A stretch of DNA of 6,539 bases from a virus (taxonomy: Duplodnaviria > Heunggongvirae > Uroviricota > Caudoviricetes), in IMG/VR virus record IMGVR_UViG_2690316002_000006, positions 1-6,539 of that record; one strand, written 5' to 3'. This document shows, piece by piece, positions 5,622-6,539 of this stretch. Position 1 is the stretch's first letter. Each line of letters opens with the position of its first letter. A program made the translations under genes and the position numbers. The notes beneath the pieces were generated by a model. The model was not told the DNA's origin. It searched no databases and was given only the letters and a program-made list of their open reading frames with translations.

Positions 5622-5660
5622 AGCCAGCGTCCTTCAGAGTGGGCGCTGGCTTTTTTTATT
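5622..5660 (+). terminator. Plus-strand intrinsic terminator abutting the 3' end of the upstream minus-strand gene
   Basis: AGCCAGCGUCC (5622..5632) - 8-nt loop - GGGCGCUGGCU (5641..5651), an 11-bp stem with one G-U pair, followed by TTTTTT(A)TT on the plus strand. On the minus strand the hairpin is followed by AAAACGGG, so it is not a minus-strand terminator. Confidence 0.5.
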
Positions 5661-6195
5661 ATGCTGCCGGTGCATTTATCTCCAGCATCAGACTTTCTAT
5701 CTCAACGCCATACGCTGCATTTTTTGTAACATCCGTCAGCGTCAGCGCATTCAGTCCCAGTGTCAGACTGTCTTTTATAACCTGGAATGCCGGGCCAGCC
5801 ACTCCATTCAGTTTCGGAGTAACCGTGGCACTGCCGGCGGTGAACACCAGCTCCAGCGTCTGCCAGTCGTTACCGTAATCGCCGAACTCCCCCAGCTTCG
5901 TGTTTCCGGCTTTCCTGTGATGCATCAGATTCACTCTGCCGTCAGTGGTCTGAGTGAAGTACGACATCAGGAACGGATTACCGGTACCCGTCATCGCCAC
6001 ACCATCAGGAACGGGAGCATCCGTATACAGATAAATCCCCAGCCCGAACTGATTGTTGGTCAGTGCGCCTGACAGGCGGAACTTACAGGTCAGTCTGCCG
6101 CCCTGTGTCAGCAGGGTAATTGCGTCATCCACCGGATGCGTCAGGGACCAGGTTTTATTGCTCTGCTTGGTGATCTTAAATACACCATCTGACAA
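5659..6195 (-). CDS. 3' part of a cargo ORF upstream of the lysis cassette (possibly lectin-like; hypothetical)
   Basis: Protein-like translation (...GWSIKDGGIQLSDGVFKITKQSNKTWSLTHPVDD...GVEIESLMLEINAPAA) in a frame that stays open upstream to a stop at 6250..6252 with no ATG or GTG in between; the ORF-track start is a TTG. Probably the C-terminal portion of a larger, frame-interrupted gene. Confidence 0.5.
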   Translation of the reverse strand: MSDGVFKITKQSNKTWSLTHPVDDAITLLTQGGRLTCKFRLSGALTNNQFGLGIYLYTDAPVPDGVAMTGTGNPFLMSYFTQTTDGRVNLMHHRKAGNTKLGEFGDYGNDWQTLELVFTAGSATVTPKLNGVAGPAFQVIKDSLTLGLNALTLTDVTKNAAYGVEIESLMLEINAPAA

Positions 6196-6539
6196 CTGAA
6201 TTCCGCCATCCTTAATGCTCCAGCCCTGCGCAGCAGAATTTCCGGTGCCTTACCACTGATGAAGGCTGAGGTGCGCCCGGCTGCGTTCAGAATAGCGGTT
6301 GCCAGACGATCCGGAATAATGCTCCTGCGCGCCCATGAACTGAAATGTGTCGGGCGGTTTGATGATACCTGGTTTCCATTCGTTCTCGATGCCGCACCGT
6401 AATATCCTGATGCCGGAATATCCGGATCTTCTGCCGGCGCGTTAGTGGCGGTATTGACGCCGTTACCGTCTGTCATGAAGGGCACAAAATAAACGCCCTC
6501 ACTCTCCCTGTTTTTATACCCGCCGTACACGGTGTCGTA
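6141..6539 (-). CDS. Upstream portion of the same cargo gene, in a different frame (open to the window edge)
   Basis: Frame open from the window edge: DTVYGGYKNRESEGVYFVPFMTDGNGVNTATNAPAEDPDIPASGYYGAASRTNGNQV...AILNAAGRTSAFISGK... The last roughly 30 codons (R-rich, overlapping the downstream frame) look non-native, consistent with a frame switch near 6250. Confidence 0.4.
   Translation of the reverse strand, partial: YDTVYGGYKNRESEGVYFVPFMTDGNGVNTATNAPAEDPDIPASGYYGAASRTNGNQVSSNRPTHFSSWARRSIIPDRLATAILNAAGRTSAFISGKAPEILLRRAGALRMAEFSCQMVYLRSPSRAIKPGP

Noticed and set aside
5639-5878. ORF 5639..5878 (plus, 79 aa)
   Set aside because: Antisense to the cargo gene; Ser/Ala/Phe-rich shadow frame; begins inside the terminator hairpin.
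1-6539. CRISPR array, insertion sequence, integrase or att site
   Set aside because: No regularly spaced direct repeats with unique spacers, no terminal inverted repeats flanking a transposase-like ORF, and no integrase-like ORF; the repeats at 876..1005 are inverted or palindromic and best explained as protein-binding sites.

Overview
This window reads as the late region of a mosaic lambdoid (Enterobacteriaceae-type) prophage, with every credible gene except one on the minus strand. In transcription order (high to low coordinates) it carries: the 3' part of a large cargo ORF with an apparent frame break; a phage-21-type pinholin; a tightly coupled 114-aa protein of unknown function; a SAR endolysin; an intrinsic terminator; an antirepressor-like (KilAC) moron; an Rz/Rz1 spanin pair with Rz1 embedded in Rz; a 74-aa Cys-containing protein; an AT-rich, poorly coding stretch with a candidate 46-aa membrane micro-ORF; a divergent ribbon-helix-helix-like gene on the plus strand; an HNH endonuclease; a repeat-rich intergenic region with the layout expected of a cos site; and terminase small and large subunits joined by an ATGA overlap. 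The lysis genes look phage-21/Qin-like while the packaging module (HNH plus Terminase_2-like small subunit) looks HK97-like. No rRNA, tRNA, CRISPR array or IS element was recognised. The spots most likely to hold undescribed biology are the cargo genes inserted into the lysis cassette and the cargo island between Rz and the HNH gene; none could be assigned a function from sequence alone. All family assignments rest on reading the translated ORFs against remembered family signatures, not on any search.
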